A program made the translations under genes and the position numbers. This document shows, piece by piece, positions 10,451-21,600 of a stretch of 64,000 nt of DNA. The notes beneath the pieces are model-generated. The model did not search any database. It was given only the letters and a program-made list of their open reading frames with translations, and was not told where the DNA came from. The stretch's first letter is position 1. Each line of letters starts with the position of its first letter. Source of the DNA: Sedimentisphaerales bacterium (GTDB lineage: Bacteria > Planctomycetota > Phycisphaerae > Sedimentisphaerales > SM23-30); the NCBI GenBank assembly GCA_963666285.1, contig OY762711.1; one strand, written 5' to 3'.

Positions 10451-12208
10451 ATGTATCCATTAATAGAACAACTCGAAGATCGTGTTAGTAAAGTAATGTC
10501 AGAGATCGCTGGCGAACCCGTCTCGGCTATCGTCAAACTCTCGCAAAATCCCAAGTTCGGCGACTACCAGGTCAACGGCGTAATGGCTCTTGCCAAAAAG
10601 TTGGACATGAACCCTCGCCAGCTCGCTGACAAGGTTGTTACCCATTGCGACCTCTCCGACATCTGTGAAGATCCAGAGATCGCCGGTCCAGGCTTTATCA
10701 ACCTTCGCGTCAAAACCGAATGGCTGCTGGCTCAACTTACTGCTGCCGCCGCTGACTGCGAACGCATTGGCGTCGATGTCAAACCTGACACCGTCACCAC
10801 CGTTGTCGATTTCTCCAGCCCAAATCTGGCCAAGGAGATGCACGTCGGCCACCTCCGCAGCACGATCATTGGTGATGTTATTGCCAAGGTGCTCGAATTC
10901 ATCTCAGACGACTCTGCCAGGGTTATCCGCCAGAACCATGTTGGCGATTGGGGTACACCGTTCGGCATGCTCGTCAGCTATATCCAGTCTACCGACCCGG
11001 AAACCTATAACAATCCGCAGAACCTGAACGTCTCTGACCTTGAGCAGTTCTATAAAAAAGCCAAACAGCTGTTCGATACCGTCGAAAGCTTTAAGGAACT
11101 GGCATACCAGAATACTGTTAAGCTTCACGAAAAAGATCCCCAGACCCTCGCCGTCTGGCAGGCGGTTCTCGATGAATCACGCCGATATTGCAGTGAGATC
11201 TACGATCGGCTCAAGATCAGGCTCGACCGCAATGATGAACGAGGCGAAAGCTGCTACAGCGACGAGCTGCCCGGGGTTATCGCAGATCTCGCCGCCGCAG
11301 GGTTAACCCAGGAATCCGACGGTGCCCAGTGTGTGTTCATGGACGGCTATAAAACCGCCGAAGGCGAACCTATGCCGCTTATCGTTCAGAAATCGGACGG
11401 GGCATATCTCTACGCCACTACCGACCTGGCCGCTATCCGATATCGTGTCGGCCACCTCGGCGCCGGGCGTGTCATATACGTTGTCGGCGCTCCGCAGAAG
11501 CTCCATTTCCAGATGGTCTTCGAATGTGCCGCTAAGGCCGGCTGGGTTGGCGACGCTTCGCTCGAACACGTTCCGTTCGGTTCGGTTCTCGGCGATGACG
11601 GCAAAATGTTCAAGACCCGTTCCGGCGAATCTGTCAAACTTGCCGCGCTGCTCGACGAAGCCGAAACCCGCGCGATGAAAGTTGTCGAACAGAAGAACCC
11701 GGACCTGTCCGATCAGGAAAAAACTGAAATTGCCCGAGCCGTTGGTATCGGTGCTGTTAAATATTCCGACCTTTCCAATAACCTGATAAGCGATTATGTT
11801 TTCAACTGGGACAAGATGCTCGCCATGGAAGGCAACACCGCTCCATACATGCAGTATGCCTACGCCCGTGTCCGCAGTATCTTCCGTAAAGGCGAGATCG
11901 ATACCGCTGCTTTAGTAACCCAGACCGACAAACTTGATCTTAACGACCAGACCGAGGTCGCCCTCGCCAAGGTCCTCGTTCGCTATGCCGAAACTATCTC
12001 TGCGGTCGCCCGCGAGCTTCGTCCGCATCTGCTCACCGGCTACCTTTACGATCTTGCCGGTGCGTTCAGTACGTTCTATAACGCCTGCCCGGTCCTCAAG
12101 GAAGATGAGCCGACCCGCACCAGCCGACTGCTGCTCTGCCAGCTGACCGCCCAGACCCTCAAGCACGGTCTAGACCTGCTGGGCATAGAAACTATCGAAC
12201 AAATGTAA
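10451..12208 (+). CDS. argS: Arginyl-tRNA synthetase
   Basis: FGDYQ, AGPGFIN, VDFSSPNLAKEMHVGHLRSTIIGD, KMFKTRSG, GNTAPYMQYAYAR. Confidence 0.97.
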   Translation: MYPLIEQLEDRVSKVMSEIAGEPVSAIVKLSQNPKFGDYQVNGVMALAKKLDMNPRQLADKVVTHCDLSDICEDPEIAGPGFINLRVKTEWLLAQLTAAAADCERIGVDVKPDTVTTVVDFSSPNLAKEMHVGHLRSTIIGDVIAKVLEFISDDSARVIRQNHVGDWGTPFGMLVSYIQSTDPETYNNPQNLNVSDLEQFYKKAKQLFDTVESFKELAYQNTVKLHEKDPQTLAVWQAVLDESRRYCSEIYDRLKIRLDRNDERGESCYSDELPGVIADLAAAGLTQESDGAQCVFMDGYKTAEGEPMPLIVQKSDGAYLYATTDLAAIRYRVGHLGAGRVIYVVGAPQKLHFQMVFECAAKAGWVGDASLEHVPFGSVLGDDGKMFKTRSGESVKLAALLDEAETRAMKVVEQKNPDLSDQEKTEIARAVGIGAVKYSDLSNNLISDYVFNWDKMLAMEGNTAPYMQYAYARVRSIFRKGEIDTAALVTQTDKLDLNDQTEVALAKVLVRYAETISAVARELRPHLLTGYLYDLAGAFSTFYNACPVLKEDEPTRTSRLLLCQLTAQTLKHGLDLLGIETIEQM

Positions 12209-12235
12209 GGTTTAGCAGTTTACTGATATAAATAA

Positions 12236-12345
12236 GTTTACTTTCGCAGTTTTTAAGTTGCAATAACGAAGTGCCTCTGGTAAATCGCCTATAAGGGCCT
12301 TCCTGCAACGCTTTAATATTAAACAAAACGTGAGACGATAGCGAA
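12236..12345. repeat. Dispersed intergenic element, copy 1
   Basis: ACTTTCGCAGTTTTTAAGTTGCAA...CGCCTA(T/A)AAGGGCCTTCCTGCA...TTAAACAAAAC(G/A)TGAGAC, shared with copies at 14679 and 24355. Confidence 0.85.
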
Positions 12346-12416
12346 TTATTCCTGAGGTCAACGTACATCAGGACACCTTAACTTATATCTTATGTCTTGT
12401 TACTTATTACTTTGAT

Positions 12417-12896
12417 ATGATCCGTAAAGCCAAAACATCTGAAGCTGAGCTGCTCACCGATATCTCATTCGCTGCCAAGCGATACTGGAACTATCCCGAG
12501 TCGAACTTCGATATCTGGCGCGAAGAGCTTACCATCACCAAAAAGTATATCGATGACAATGCCGTATTCGTCTATCTGCAGTCCGACCGGCCCGTCGCCT
12601 ACTATTCCATCGTTCAGCTCGAAAACGACGTCATCATCAACGGCATAACCATCACCGCCGGGCTATGGCTCGAGCATATGTTTGTACTGCCGGAATTTAT
12701 CGGCCGGGGCATCGGTCGCGAAATGTTCAAACACATGACCGATACTCTAAAGCAGTACGATGTCAGATCCATCGGCATACTCGCCGACCCGAACGCCAAA
12801 GGCTTCTATGAAACTCTCGGCTGTCGCTATCTCGGCGAATATCCGTCCAGTATCGAAGGCCGTTCAACCCCGTACTTTGAGTATGTAATAACATGA
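12417..12896 (+). CDS. GNAT N-acetyltransferase
   Basis: LEHMFVLPEFIGRGIGR, ADPNAKGFYE. Confidence 0.88.
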   Translation: MIRKAKTSEAELLTDISFAAKRYWNYPESNFDIWREELTITKKYIDDNAVFVYLQSDRPVAYYSIVQLENDVIINGITITAGLWLEHMFVLPEFIGRGIGREMFKHMTDTLKQYDVRSIGILADPNAKGFYETLGCRYLGEYPSSIEGRSTPYFEYVIT

Positions 12897-12928
12897 AACC
12901 AGGCATGAGCCATAAGACGAAACATTTT

Positions 12929-12960
12929 TTTTCATAATTCAGCATTCATAATTCATAATT
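12929..12960 (+). repeat. Heptamer-type repeat, exact 32-bp copy at 14768-14799
   Basis: TTTTCATAATTCAGCATTCATAATTCATAATT at both sites. Confidence 0.85.
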
Positions 12961-13009
12961 ATCAAATATAACATGCATCTAAAGTTTCGATAAAACAAGA
13001 GAGTTTACA

Positions 13010-13744
13010 ATGGCACAAAAAGATACGATATTTTCTACATACCAATCCGAAGTGTCACGCTTCGTATTCGATGAAAAGGTCGTCTCCGTCTTCGATGATA
13101 TGATCCGCCGTTCGGTCCCAGGCTATTCTACTGTGCTTGCCATGACCGCCGTGCTCGCCGAACGCTACGCCCAGCCCGGCACCAACTGCTACGATCTCGG
13201 CTGCTCGCTCTGTGCCGGCACCATCGCGCTCCGCCACGGCATCCAGGCCCCCGACTGCCAAATCATCGCCGTTGACAACTCCGAAGCCATGATCACCCGT
13301 GCCGCCGATATCCTCGAAAGCGACATCAGCAAAACTCCCGTCGAACTGCTCGTTGCCGATATAGCCGATATAAATATCGAAAACGCGTCGATCGTCATTA
13401 TGAACTATACCCTCCAGTTCTTCGACCCGGCCAAACGAGACGAACTTGTCAAAAATATCTACAACGGGCTCCGTCCCGGCGGCATATTCATCCTCTCGGA
13501 AAAAATGAAATTTGAAACCGACGCCGAACAAAACTTCCAGGACGATATCTATTACGAGTTCAAAGCCTACAACGGCTACTCCCAGACCGAGATCAGCCAG
13601 AAACGCAAGGCTCTCGAAAACGTACTCATACCCGACACACTCGACACTCACATGGCCCGCCTCAAAGCCGCCGGGTTCGATTATTCCTACAAATGGTTCC
13701 AGTGCTTCAACTTCACATCTATCTTCGCCCAAAAGCTGGAGTGA
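13010..13744 (+). CDS. cmoA: Carboxy-S-adenosylmethionine synthase
   Basis: FVFDEKVVSVFDDMIRRSVPGY, YDLGCS, NYTLQF, EISQKRKALENVL, WFQCFNF. Confidence 0.93.
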   Translation: MAQKDTIFSTYQSEVSRFVFDEKVVSVFDDMIRRSVPGYSTVLAMTAVLAERYAQPGTNCYDLGCSLCAGTIALRHGIQAPDCQIIAVDNSEAMITRAADILESDISKTPVELLVADIADINIENASIVIMNYTLQFFDPAKRDELVKNIYNGLRPGGIFILSEKMKFETDAEQNFQDDIYYEFKAYNGYSQTEISQKRKALENVLIPDTLDTHMARLKAAGFDYSYKWFQCFNFTSIFAQKLE

Positions 13745-13927
13745 TTTGTTTAGAGATAGCCTTTAGAGTTTTGTCAGTAAATAAGAAATTCAATGCTAGG
13801 CGATGCTCTTCCAATATTGGCCAATGGATATTATTTTCAAACTTGTCCGTTCAGAATAAACGGTCATAAATAATTCAAAATCAATTACTCGCCGAACTCT
13901 GCTTGCCTGAGACCGGTCTGGTCAAGG

Positions 13928-14335
13928 CTATGCCTTGCGTACCCAGTTTTCCAACTTCAAGCCATTAATCCTTTTGAACTCTCTCATATTGTTTGTTACT
14001 AATGTTAAGTCAAGCGATAGAGCGTGCGAGGCAATTAAAGTGTCCATCGGCCCGATAGGTGTTCCTTTACTTTCCTGGCCAAAGCGAACATAACCATAAG
14101 CTGCCGCCGCATCATTGTCAAAAGGTAATATTGTAAAAGGGGCACAAAATTTTATTATCGCTCGATTGTTTTTTGCCGGGTCAGCACTTTTTGCTGCACC
14201 AAATTGTAATTCAGCCAAAACAATTGTCGACAGATATATTTCTCCAGAAGCTATCGAAGATATTTTAGAAATCAATTTCGGGTTTCGCTTCCTGATAACT
14301 TCTATACAGATATTTGTATCCAGCATATATCCCAT
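13928..14335 (-). CDS. vapC: PIN-domain toxin
   Basis: YMLDTNICI, ELQFGAAKS, GTPIGPMDTLIASHA, LVTNNMREF. Confidence 0.93.
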   Translation of the reverse strand: MGYMLDTNICIEVIRKRNPKLISKISSIASGEIYLSTIVLAELQFGAAKSADPAKNNRAIIKFCAPFTILPFDNDAAAAYGYVRFGQESKGTPIGPMDTLIASHALSLDLTLVTNNMREFKRINGLKLENWVRKA

Positions 14336-14355
14336 TGAAATTTTCCCGCAACTTC

Positions 14356-14586
14356 TTAAAAAGATTTTCTTCCGTCAAATTCCTCAGGTTGTCCTCTATC
14401 CGACATAAAGTCATCTGTAAATTCATTCAATGATTCAGAAAACATATCCCAGGCTTTGTCCAGTGGATACAGGATAACCATATTGCCAATTTTATTAATA
14501 CCTACCTCATCACCATCGAACCTGTATTCCTTTGGCAATCGTACTGCCTGGCTGCGTCCATTTTGAAATAATTTTGCTGTATTCAT
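14356..14586 (-). CDS. vapB: AbrB-type antitoxin
   Basis: MNTAKLFQNGRSQAVRLPKEYRF; GGAG RBS before ATG 14586. Confidence 0.92.
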   Translation of the reverse strand: MNTAKLFQNGRSQAVRLPKEYRFDGDEVGINKIGNMVILYPLDKAWDMFSESLNEFTDDFMSDRGQPEEFDGRKSF

Positions 14587-14602
14587 ATTGTTAACTCCTA
14601 AA

Positions 14603-14645
14603 ATGGTATCTATCATAGTATATACCATATTTTGCGGTATGTCAA
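14603..14645 (-). promoter_or_regulatory. vapBC promoter with overlapping palindromic operator
   Basis: TTGACA (14645-14640), 17 bp, TATACT (14622-14617); inverted repeat ATGGTAT/ATACCAT at 14603-14609 and 14622-14628. Confidence 0.75.
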
Positions 14646-14678
14646 ATATGTAGAGTTAATCTTTTCAAACTGCTGTAA

Positions 14679-14754
14679 ACTTTCGCAGTTTTTAAGTTGC
14701 AAATCGCCTAAAAGGGCCTTCCTGCAGCACTTTAACTTAAACAAAACATGAGAC
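14679..14754. repeat. Dispersed intergenic element, copy 2
   Basis: Near-identical to 12239-12336 apart from an internal deletion. Confidence 0.85.
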
Positions 14755-14817
14755 ACACTAACACGAATTTTCATAATTCAGCATTCATAATTCATAATTT
14801 TTAGCTTCTAACTCTTC

Positions 14818-15954
14818 CTATTTCCTCCCCGCCTTATGTCTATACAGCATTCTGTTTACCCGCCTCATTATCTCCCGGTGCCGTTTCGCTGCACTTTTCT
14901 TTTCCTTGCCAAATGCTTTCTTCAACCTTGCCGCTTCCTCGACCGTCAGTTTCACTACGCACCCGTGCCTGGCATCCGCCGGGCCGCTTACATCCGGCAA
15001 AATCTGCCATTGCACCATATCCGGCGACCACGAAATCCCAAAGTCATTACTCATACAAAAATCATACAGCAGCAGCCAGCCTTTCTTCATCGGGTCAGGC
15101 ATAAGCGACGGCCCCTCGGTTATCGTCGGCACCAGCTGGCCGCCGTTCAAATTTCCCTCGACTGTCTCGTACGGCCCCTCAAGTTTATCCGCCACCGCCA
15201 GTCGTATCGCTCGCCGCTCGCCGGTTATCGCGCCAAACTCCTCTTCCTTATGCAGCAGGTAATACTTACCGCCTATATTATGCAGTGTCCCGTCAATCAC
15301 CGAGTAGTCCGGGTCGAACAACACCTTCGCCTCACTAAACTCTTGCCAGTCTTTCGTCCTCGCATACCATAGCCTGCTCTTCTTCCAGCCCGCATCCTCA
15401 AACGATGATGACCACAACAAAACAATATCGCCTGTCAGCTCATCATAAAACCATTCCGGCGCCCAGATATTACCGGCTAACTTCCCGTCCTCACGCACAT
15501 CTTTCATCAGCGGCAAATATCCTTCCACCTTCCATTTCACCAGGTCCGCCGAACTGGCATGCAGACAGCTCGGCCCAAACTTCGCCCGGTCTATCTCACC
15601 GCTGCCGCCGGTTGCTACCATATGCCATTTCCCGTCCGGCCCGCGATTAATAAATGAGTCCCGGACAAAATGACCCCATACCGGCTTATTATTGTTCAGC
15701 GGCTGCCAGTCTCTGCCGTCGGTTGACAACGCATAATGCAGCTTCTCTTCTTTCATCGGGTTCGGCAGCGGCACCTCACGCACCGTACCGTCCGCATCTA
15801 TCTCAACCCTGGTCGGATACCGCTGGCGAAAATAGCCCAGCAGCCATACTTCCTTACCCGCTCTCTTGGAGCTTCCGCCGGAACCGCAGCCCGGCATGAT
15901 TGTCACCAGTATTACCATCGCCAGGAGCGACACAAATAATCTTTTTATATTCAT
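14818..15954 (-). CDS. GH43-like five-bladed beta-propeller glycoside hydrolase (lipoprotein)
   Basis: Lipoprotein-like MPGC, LHYALSTDG, RDSFI, IWAPEW, SVIDG, TEGPS. Confidence 0.8.
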   Translation of the reverse strand: MNIKRLFVSLLAMVILVTIMPGCGSGGSSKRAGKEVWLLGYFRQRYPTRVEIDADGTVREVPLPNPMKEEKLHYALSTDGRDWQPLNNNKPVWGHFVRDSFINRGPDGKWHMVATGGSGEIDRAKFGPSCLHASSADLVKWKVEGYLPLMKDVREDGKLAGNIWAPEWFYDELTGDIVLLWSSSFEDAGWKKSRLWYARTKDWQEFSEAKVLFDPDYSVIDGTLHNIGGKYYLLHKEEEFGAITGERRAIRLAVADKLEGPYETVEGNLNGGQLVPTITEGPSLMPDPMKKGWLLLYDFCMSNDFGISWSPDMVQWQILPDVSGPADARHGCVVKLTVEEAARLKKAFGKEKKSAAKRHREIMRRVNRMLYRHKAGRK

Positions 15955-16338
15955 AAAGAATCCTTTTACTTTTGTTATTCTTTAACTTGTATGACATACA
16001 ATAATCCAAAAAGGTCTGAATTTCGATTATTTTTTCGAACTTTTCTGGCTTAGTTCTTGCAAAAGATTATGAATTTATGACTTATTCTCATACCACATAA
16101 CGGCCTATAACATAGTTTGCTGCTTGGCTTTTGTCGGTTTAATTTGCTTTGTTATTGGACGAAATTTTAGTTTTATATTTAAAATATCCATCAAAATCTG
16201 ACTTTTCAGCATTATTATTTATCATACAATAAGATTTTTGTTTCATTCGATTTTATTTTAATGTTTTGCATATATATTCCTGCCGACTATTGAAATATAC
16301 AATGCCGTATTTGGGGTAAGGTTTAATATTAATTAATA

Positions 16339-16755
16339 ATGGGGGCATGTATGCAGCATAAACGTTTAATGAGTGTAGTACTTCTCAGAAACTTATTTGA
16401 GGCTCATGGCTGGCAATGCAAAACCAGGGGTGATACTGAATTGTATTTTACCAAAGACGGTGAAGATTCTGTCTTCGTTTCTACTGATTCCTGTAATAAG
16501 TCTCATGTAAACATTTATCCATTACTCAATTCAATCTCTTCTAATATGCGCGCTGTTATTTCTTCTGTAGCTGACAGTATTAGTTTCGGAATTGATCTGT
16601 GCATAAATCCTGGCTCCGCTGACCGGGAAGATATCAGTAACCTGTTAAATGCTGTATTTGAACTCAATATCGCCTTAGGCGGCGACACTATCTACCCGGA
16701 ACTGATTCCCTGTGATAATAGCGGACAGGCTGCCGCCGTCAAGGAGATGGTATGA
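16339..16755 (+). CDS. Hypothetical protein
   Basis: 138-aa ORF overlapping the next gene (ATGA). Confidence 0.55.
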   Translation: MGACMQHKRLMSVVLLRNLFEAHGWQCKTRGDTELYFTKDGEDSVFVSTDSCNKSHVNIYPLLNSISSNMRAVISSVADSISFGIDLCINPGSADREDISNLLNAVFELNIALGGDTIYPELIPCDNSGQAAAVKEMV

Positions 16756-18140
16756 AAGATAACAAACCTCAAAAGAGACGCGGTATGCCGTGTGTGAGAT
16801 TGTCAAATATAGTCCTTGATGCCAAAGCTTACAGGAAAAAAGGTAAATCTCTACCGTATATCGCCGGTTTTATTCTCACCGGTCTGAAAGAGTTTGTCGT
16901 TAATAATATCTCTACTATTATTGACGATACTCTTGATGTCAGGGAAGCAGTGGTTGATAGTATCCTGAAAAAACTGCTGGCCGAAAAAAAGATTGCTGAT
17001 AATGCAGCAAACGATGAAGCTTCGCAAGACAATTTCATGCTTGAACCGAAAATCCGTATCGATCATGACCGGATCTCCGAGATACTTACACGTATCAAGG
17101 AATATGCAAATATTATCTGTCGAAAAGGCGGGTCTGTTAAATTTGAACATGATCAATTGGTAAGTATCATGCTCTCGGATTTTAACCCTTCTGATAAGTT
17201 GCATTTCGAGTTATGTAAAAGTTACCTTATTGATAAGGTCGTGGAAAAACGCGGTGCCGAAATATCGGTACCGATTATTGATGAGATTAACACCCATGAA
17301 GATTTGCCTTCTTCTTTTGAGGTTGTATCACAGATAATCAGTAAAATATCCAGCCCGGGCTATGAGATAAAAGAACTCGTAGAGATCGTCAAAACTGACC
17401 CCGCCCTGGCCGCGAAACTTATAAAGCTTGCCAATTCTTCTATTTTCGGACGCACTACAAAAACCAGCAGTCTTGACAATGCGATTATCTATCTTGGCAA
17501 AAATATCCTTCGCTGTACTGCTGTCGCGATCGCTCTTAAACCGCAGGAATATTTGTGCGAGCATTTTGATTATGAAAATTTCTGGGCCCAGGCCCGGGCC
17601 AGATCGATTGCTGCCAAATATTCTGTTACTAAAAAACTTGGCAAAACGGATAACAAGTATACCGCCAGCGAATCTGAGAGGATTAGCCGGGCGTTTACCG
17701 CCGGGCTGCTGGCAAAACTCGGAACCCTTGTTTACGCTTCTATCTGGCATAATGATTATTCGGTGATAAATGTTTTAGCTTGCGGCAATAATACCATGCT
17801 CAAAAGGTTCGAAAAATTCAGGTTCGAACTCGACCATAACAATCTGACCGCGGAACTTATGAAATCCTGGGGATTTGACGAAGATATCTGTATGGCTGTC
17901 CGTCTGCAGGATGACAAAGAGCAAAGCGGCTTATACATTGATGAAGAATATGAAGTCTTAAGTGCTCTTGTTAACTCTCCTCGTTTTATTCCTGTTATAC
18001 TCGAAAGTGTAAAATCCGGACTGATTCCTTCAGCTGGATCAGGCCCGGCAGAAAAAGCCGCCACTCAATATCCCGATATACCGCCTGAAGATCTGGAATA
18101 TATGGTTGCCGAGTATAACGATCTGGTAGAAATATTTTAG
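16752..18140 (+). CDS. HDOD-domain signal-transduction protein
   Basis: DLPS, DPALAAKLIKLANS, AIIYLG, AFTAGLL, DHNNLTAELMKSWGF. Confidence 0.85.
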   Translation: MKDNKPQKRRGMPCVRLSNIVLDAKAYRKKGKSLPYIAGFILTGLKEFVVNNISTIIDDTLDVREAVVDSILKKLLAEKKIADNAANDEASQDNFMLEPKIRIDHDRISEILTRIKEYANIICRKGGSVKFEHDQLVSIMLSDFNPSDKLHFELCKSYLIDKVVEKRGAEISVPIIDEINTHEDLPSSFEVVSQIISKISSPGYEIKELVEIVKTDPALAAKLIKLANSSIFGRTTKTSSLDNAIIYLGKNILRCTAVAIALKPQEYLCEHFDYENFWAQARARSIAAKYSVTKKLGKTDNKYTASESERISRAFTAGLLAKLGTLVYASIWHNDYSVINVLACGNNTMLKRFEKFRFELDHNNLTAELMKSWGFDEDICMAVRLQDDKEQSGLYIDEEYEVLSALVNSPRFIPVILESVKSGLIPSAGSGPAEKAATQYPDIPPEDLEYMVAEYNDLVEIF

Positions 18141-18265
18141 TACTTTCTCAAACTGACCAATCAGAGTCGACATGTTGTTGTAACATGTTTTTAGACAATA
18201 CATTAAACTTAAATTAAAATTAGTCTGCCGTATGCCATGAGTTCATCAAAGGGCTGCGGTTTTCC

Positions 18266-18303
18266 TTCCCTTATCCCTTATCCCTTATCCCTTATGCCTT
18301 ATC
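18266..18303 (+). repeat. Heptamer tandem repeat (CCTTATC/G)n
   Basis: ttcccttatcccttatcccttatcccttatgccttatc; related tracts at 3536-3566, 36291-36321 and 36856-36886. Confidence 0.85.
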
Positions 18304-18693
18304 TATTATACCTCTCAAACTGAACATCGGTTAGTTTGAGTAAATTAGTTTGCCGCCTGTTCTGAATTCATCGGAGGTCTTCACTGGCCCCCGGCATATG
18401 TCTGTTAATCTCATATTCCAGCTATTAGTTGACAAATATCAATATTTAGTGCATATTAATGACATATTTACGTTAGAAGAATATTGTACTACTAAAAGTT
18501 ACCCGGTTTTACACTTTGTTTAGCAGTAATAAATTATATTACAATATGTTGTATTAGTAATTAAAACGGTTGCCGCTCTGCGGCTTTCCTTACCTAATAC
18601 TTCACAAACTGACCGATGGTAAGTCTGAGTAGTACTAACATGAAATGAGAATCTGATTCTTGTTGGTTCCGATTTGAAAGAAAGTATATCGTT

Positions 18694-21600
18694 ATGACCA
18701 GAAAAATAATTTCTATGTTCGTTGTTCTTATCGCTGTTATTTCTACTGTATCGGCCTTCAACGGTCACAATGTCACGGAAGGGCCGCTGACAATTGAAAT
18801 TGCTCCCGTCCCTGACATTCAGAAGTATAATGAGCCTGTAACCATAACAGTCTGCCTTGCCAATTCATCTGGAGACTCGCTCGAGGTGAATTTACTGCTT
18901 AACGGGCTCGTCGATGAAACTATTGCTCTTGGCCGCACCAGAAAAACCATAACCATACCTGCGAACGGCAAAACAGATTGCGACTTCTCTATCGCTTTCG
19001 GTACCGGCGCATTCTCTGCCTTGTACCCGGTCCATATCTTCGCCGATTTCAATGCCGAAGGTTCCGATCATCATGCCCATGCCGTGCGTATCGTCCAGAC
19101 TGATTTTATCAATCAGGATTCGCCCGCTGTCGAACAAACTCTTTCTCCCGTTATCGTATCTGATAACGGTTCTGTTAATCTGCTGTCTTCATCTTCACGC
19201 AGGGTTATTTGGCAATATATAGATGGCCCGCAAAACATAATGCCTGTCAACTGGTCCGGCTCAGACCAGACCAGCGGCACATTCGCTGCTGTCGAAAATG
19301 TCTTCCGCGGCGAATTCAAACCGGCTCTCACGGTCCATCCGCCTTGGCGGACTCGTCCCGGCACGGCATTCATCGAATTTCGTGTTAAACTGCCTGATAC
19401 CAGACCGCTTACTCTTACCTTTGCCAACGCTATCCGCGACAGCCATGAACCGGAACCTTCCAGCGATGGTGTTACCTTCTGCGTATGGGCCGACTCTGAC
19501 AAAATCTTCGACCGACATACCGATTCCAAATCATGGCTGCCCGCCGTTGTCGATCTTTCTCAATATGCCGGCCATGAAATATCACTCAAGCTCGAATCTC
19601 ATCCCGGCCCCAAAAATGATACTACCTGCGACTCCTCATACTGGGCTCAGCCAATGATCATCTCCGGTTCGCTGCCGGTTATAAAATCTGCTCAGCAATG
19701 GCAGCAGCAGCGGCAGCTCGCTGCCGAACTGATCGCCGGCAAAACGCACCAGGCTCCCAATGAAATGTCATTCCCGCTGGCCGACAATTATCATGCCGCT
19801 GTCGTTCTTGGCCCCAACGGACTGCTCGATGCCTCCATTGCCATCGGCACCACTGACAAGTTCGTTATCTTCGACGGGCTCGACCTTGCCATCCTGAAAC
19901 AACAGATCGGCAAATCATTCTCCGGCATAAAACTGCTGAAATTCAATCTATCTCGACTGCCCGACAATACGGTCCAGGTTGACCATCTGCTTTCTATCAA
20001 CGGCAAATCTGCAACACTGACTGTTTCACTTTCTCCCGCGCAAACCGGGCTAAAAATTTCGTGTGAATGTTCCGAACGCATAACCGACTTTGCTCTCGGC
20101 TCTGCCGACCAGATCGCCGACCGCATCTATTACGGCCATGGCTATTGCATCGAAAAGCCCAAACCGTTCCGAGCCGGGTTCGGCGGTCATAATCTATCCA
20201 CCAGCTACGTCGGCTTCGATTTCGCTTCCGGCATATCGCTGGTCACCGCTTCTGACAATCCGCCCGATTGCCTCGTTGTCAACCCCGCAGCCAAAACCTA
20301 CGCTTTGCATACCCATATGAACGCCGCCCTTACTCTCGTTCCCGGCATAGGCGGCGCGTTTGATGCTGCTCTGCGCTATCGTCCACTATACGACAAAAAG
20401 CCTGCGTCCGCTTTCAACCGCAAGGCCGGTCGCTTCGTCTTCGATATTTGGGGCGGTCGCTACGCCGACAACGCTCGCGCCATGCAGAAGCTGATCGACT
20501 ACGGGCTTACCGATTCCATGCTCACCCTGCACGTCTGGCAGTGGTGGGGCTACGACTATCGCCTGCCCGATATCTATCCGCCCAACCCCGACCTCGGCTC
20601 ACTCGCCGACCTCCAGGCTCTATCCGAACTATGCCGCAGCCATAACATACCATGGGGTCTGCACGACAACTATATCGACTTCTATCCCGATGCCGACGAT
20701 TACAGCTACGATCATATCGCCTTCACCGAGTCCGGTCAACCCGTCAAGGCATGGATCAACGAAGGACGCGACGCCCAGTCTTACCGCTGGCGACCGGACC
20801 GCATCATGCCGTTTGTCAAACGAAACCTCGATCTCATCAAACCAAACCTCCGGCCCGACCATTATTTCATCGATGTCTTTACCTCAATCGACTGTTTCGA
20901 TTTCTACGACCGCTCCGGCGCGTTCCACTCCTTCCTCGAAACCCGCAAATGCTGGGGCGAAGCCTTCAGCTGGATCCGCGACTATCTCGGCGGTTCGGCC
21001 ATAATGACCAGCGAAGCTGGCGACGATCTGCTCGTCGGTTACATCGAAGGCTCCGACTGTCAGTTCCTCTCTCTTTCAGATTCGCCACGCAACTTCTCTA
21101 TACACTTGCCCTGTGAAAACTGGGAAAGAGTTCCCTGGTACGATGTCGTCCTGCACGACAGGTTCAGCCTTCATGGCGTAGGCTATTCCGGTCGATACCA
21201 GGGCGGCCGCGACCGACAGGACCATGGCATCCAGTCTGACGACTATATCTCTGCCGAGCTGCTCACCGGCCATGCCCTTATGACCGATATCGAAGCTTTC
21301 GGACGTGACGCCATCCGCAAATACTATCTCGCCCAGGATTTCATCCGCTCTATCGCCGCCGACACTATCAAATCGGTCGAGTTCATCGACGATGATATCC
21401 ATCACCAGAAAATAACATGGAACTCAAACGCAGTTGTCTATGTCAACCGGTCCGACAAACCCTGGCATATCGCCGGTAAAACCCTGCCGACTTTCGGCTA
21501 CTACGCCCAAAGCGGCCCCATCAGATCCAGTATCGAAACCATCGACAATATCGTGGTCGAGCAGTCTTCAACCGCTGGTCATTTTTATGTCAACGCCCGC

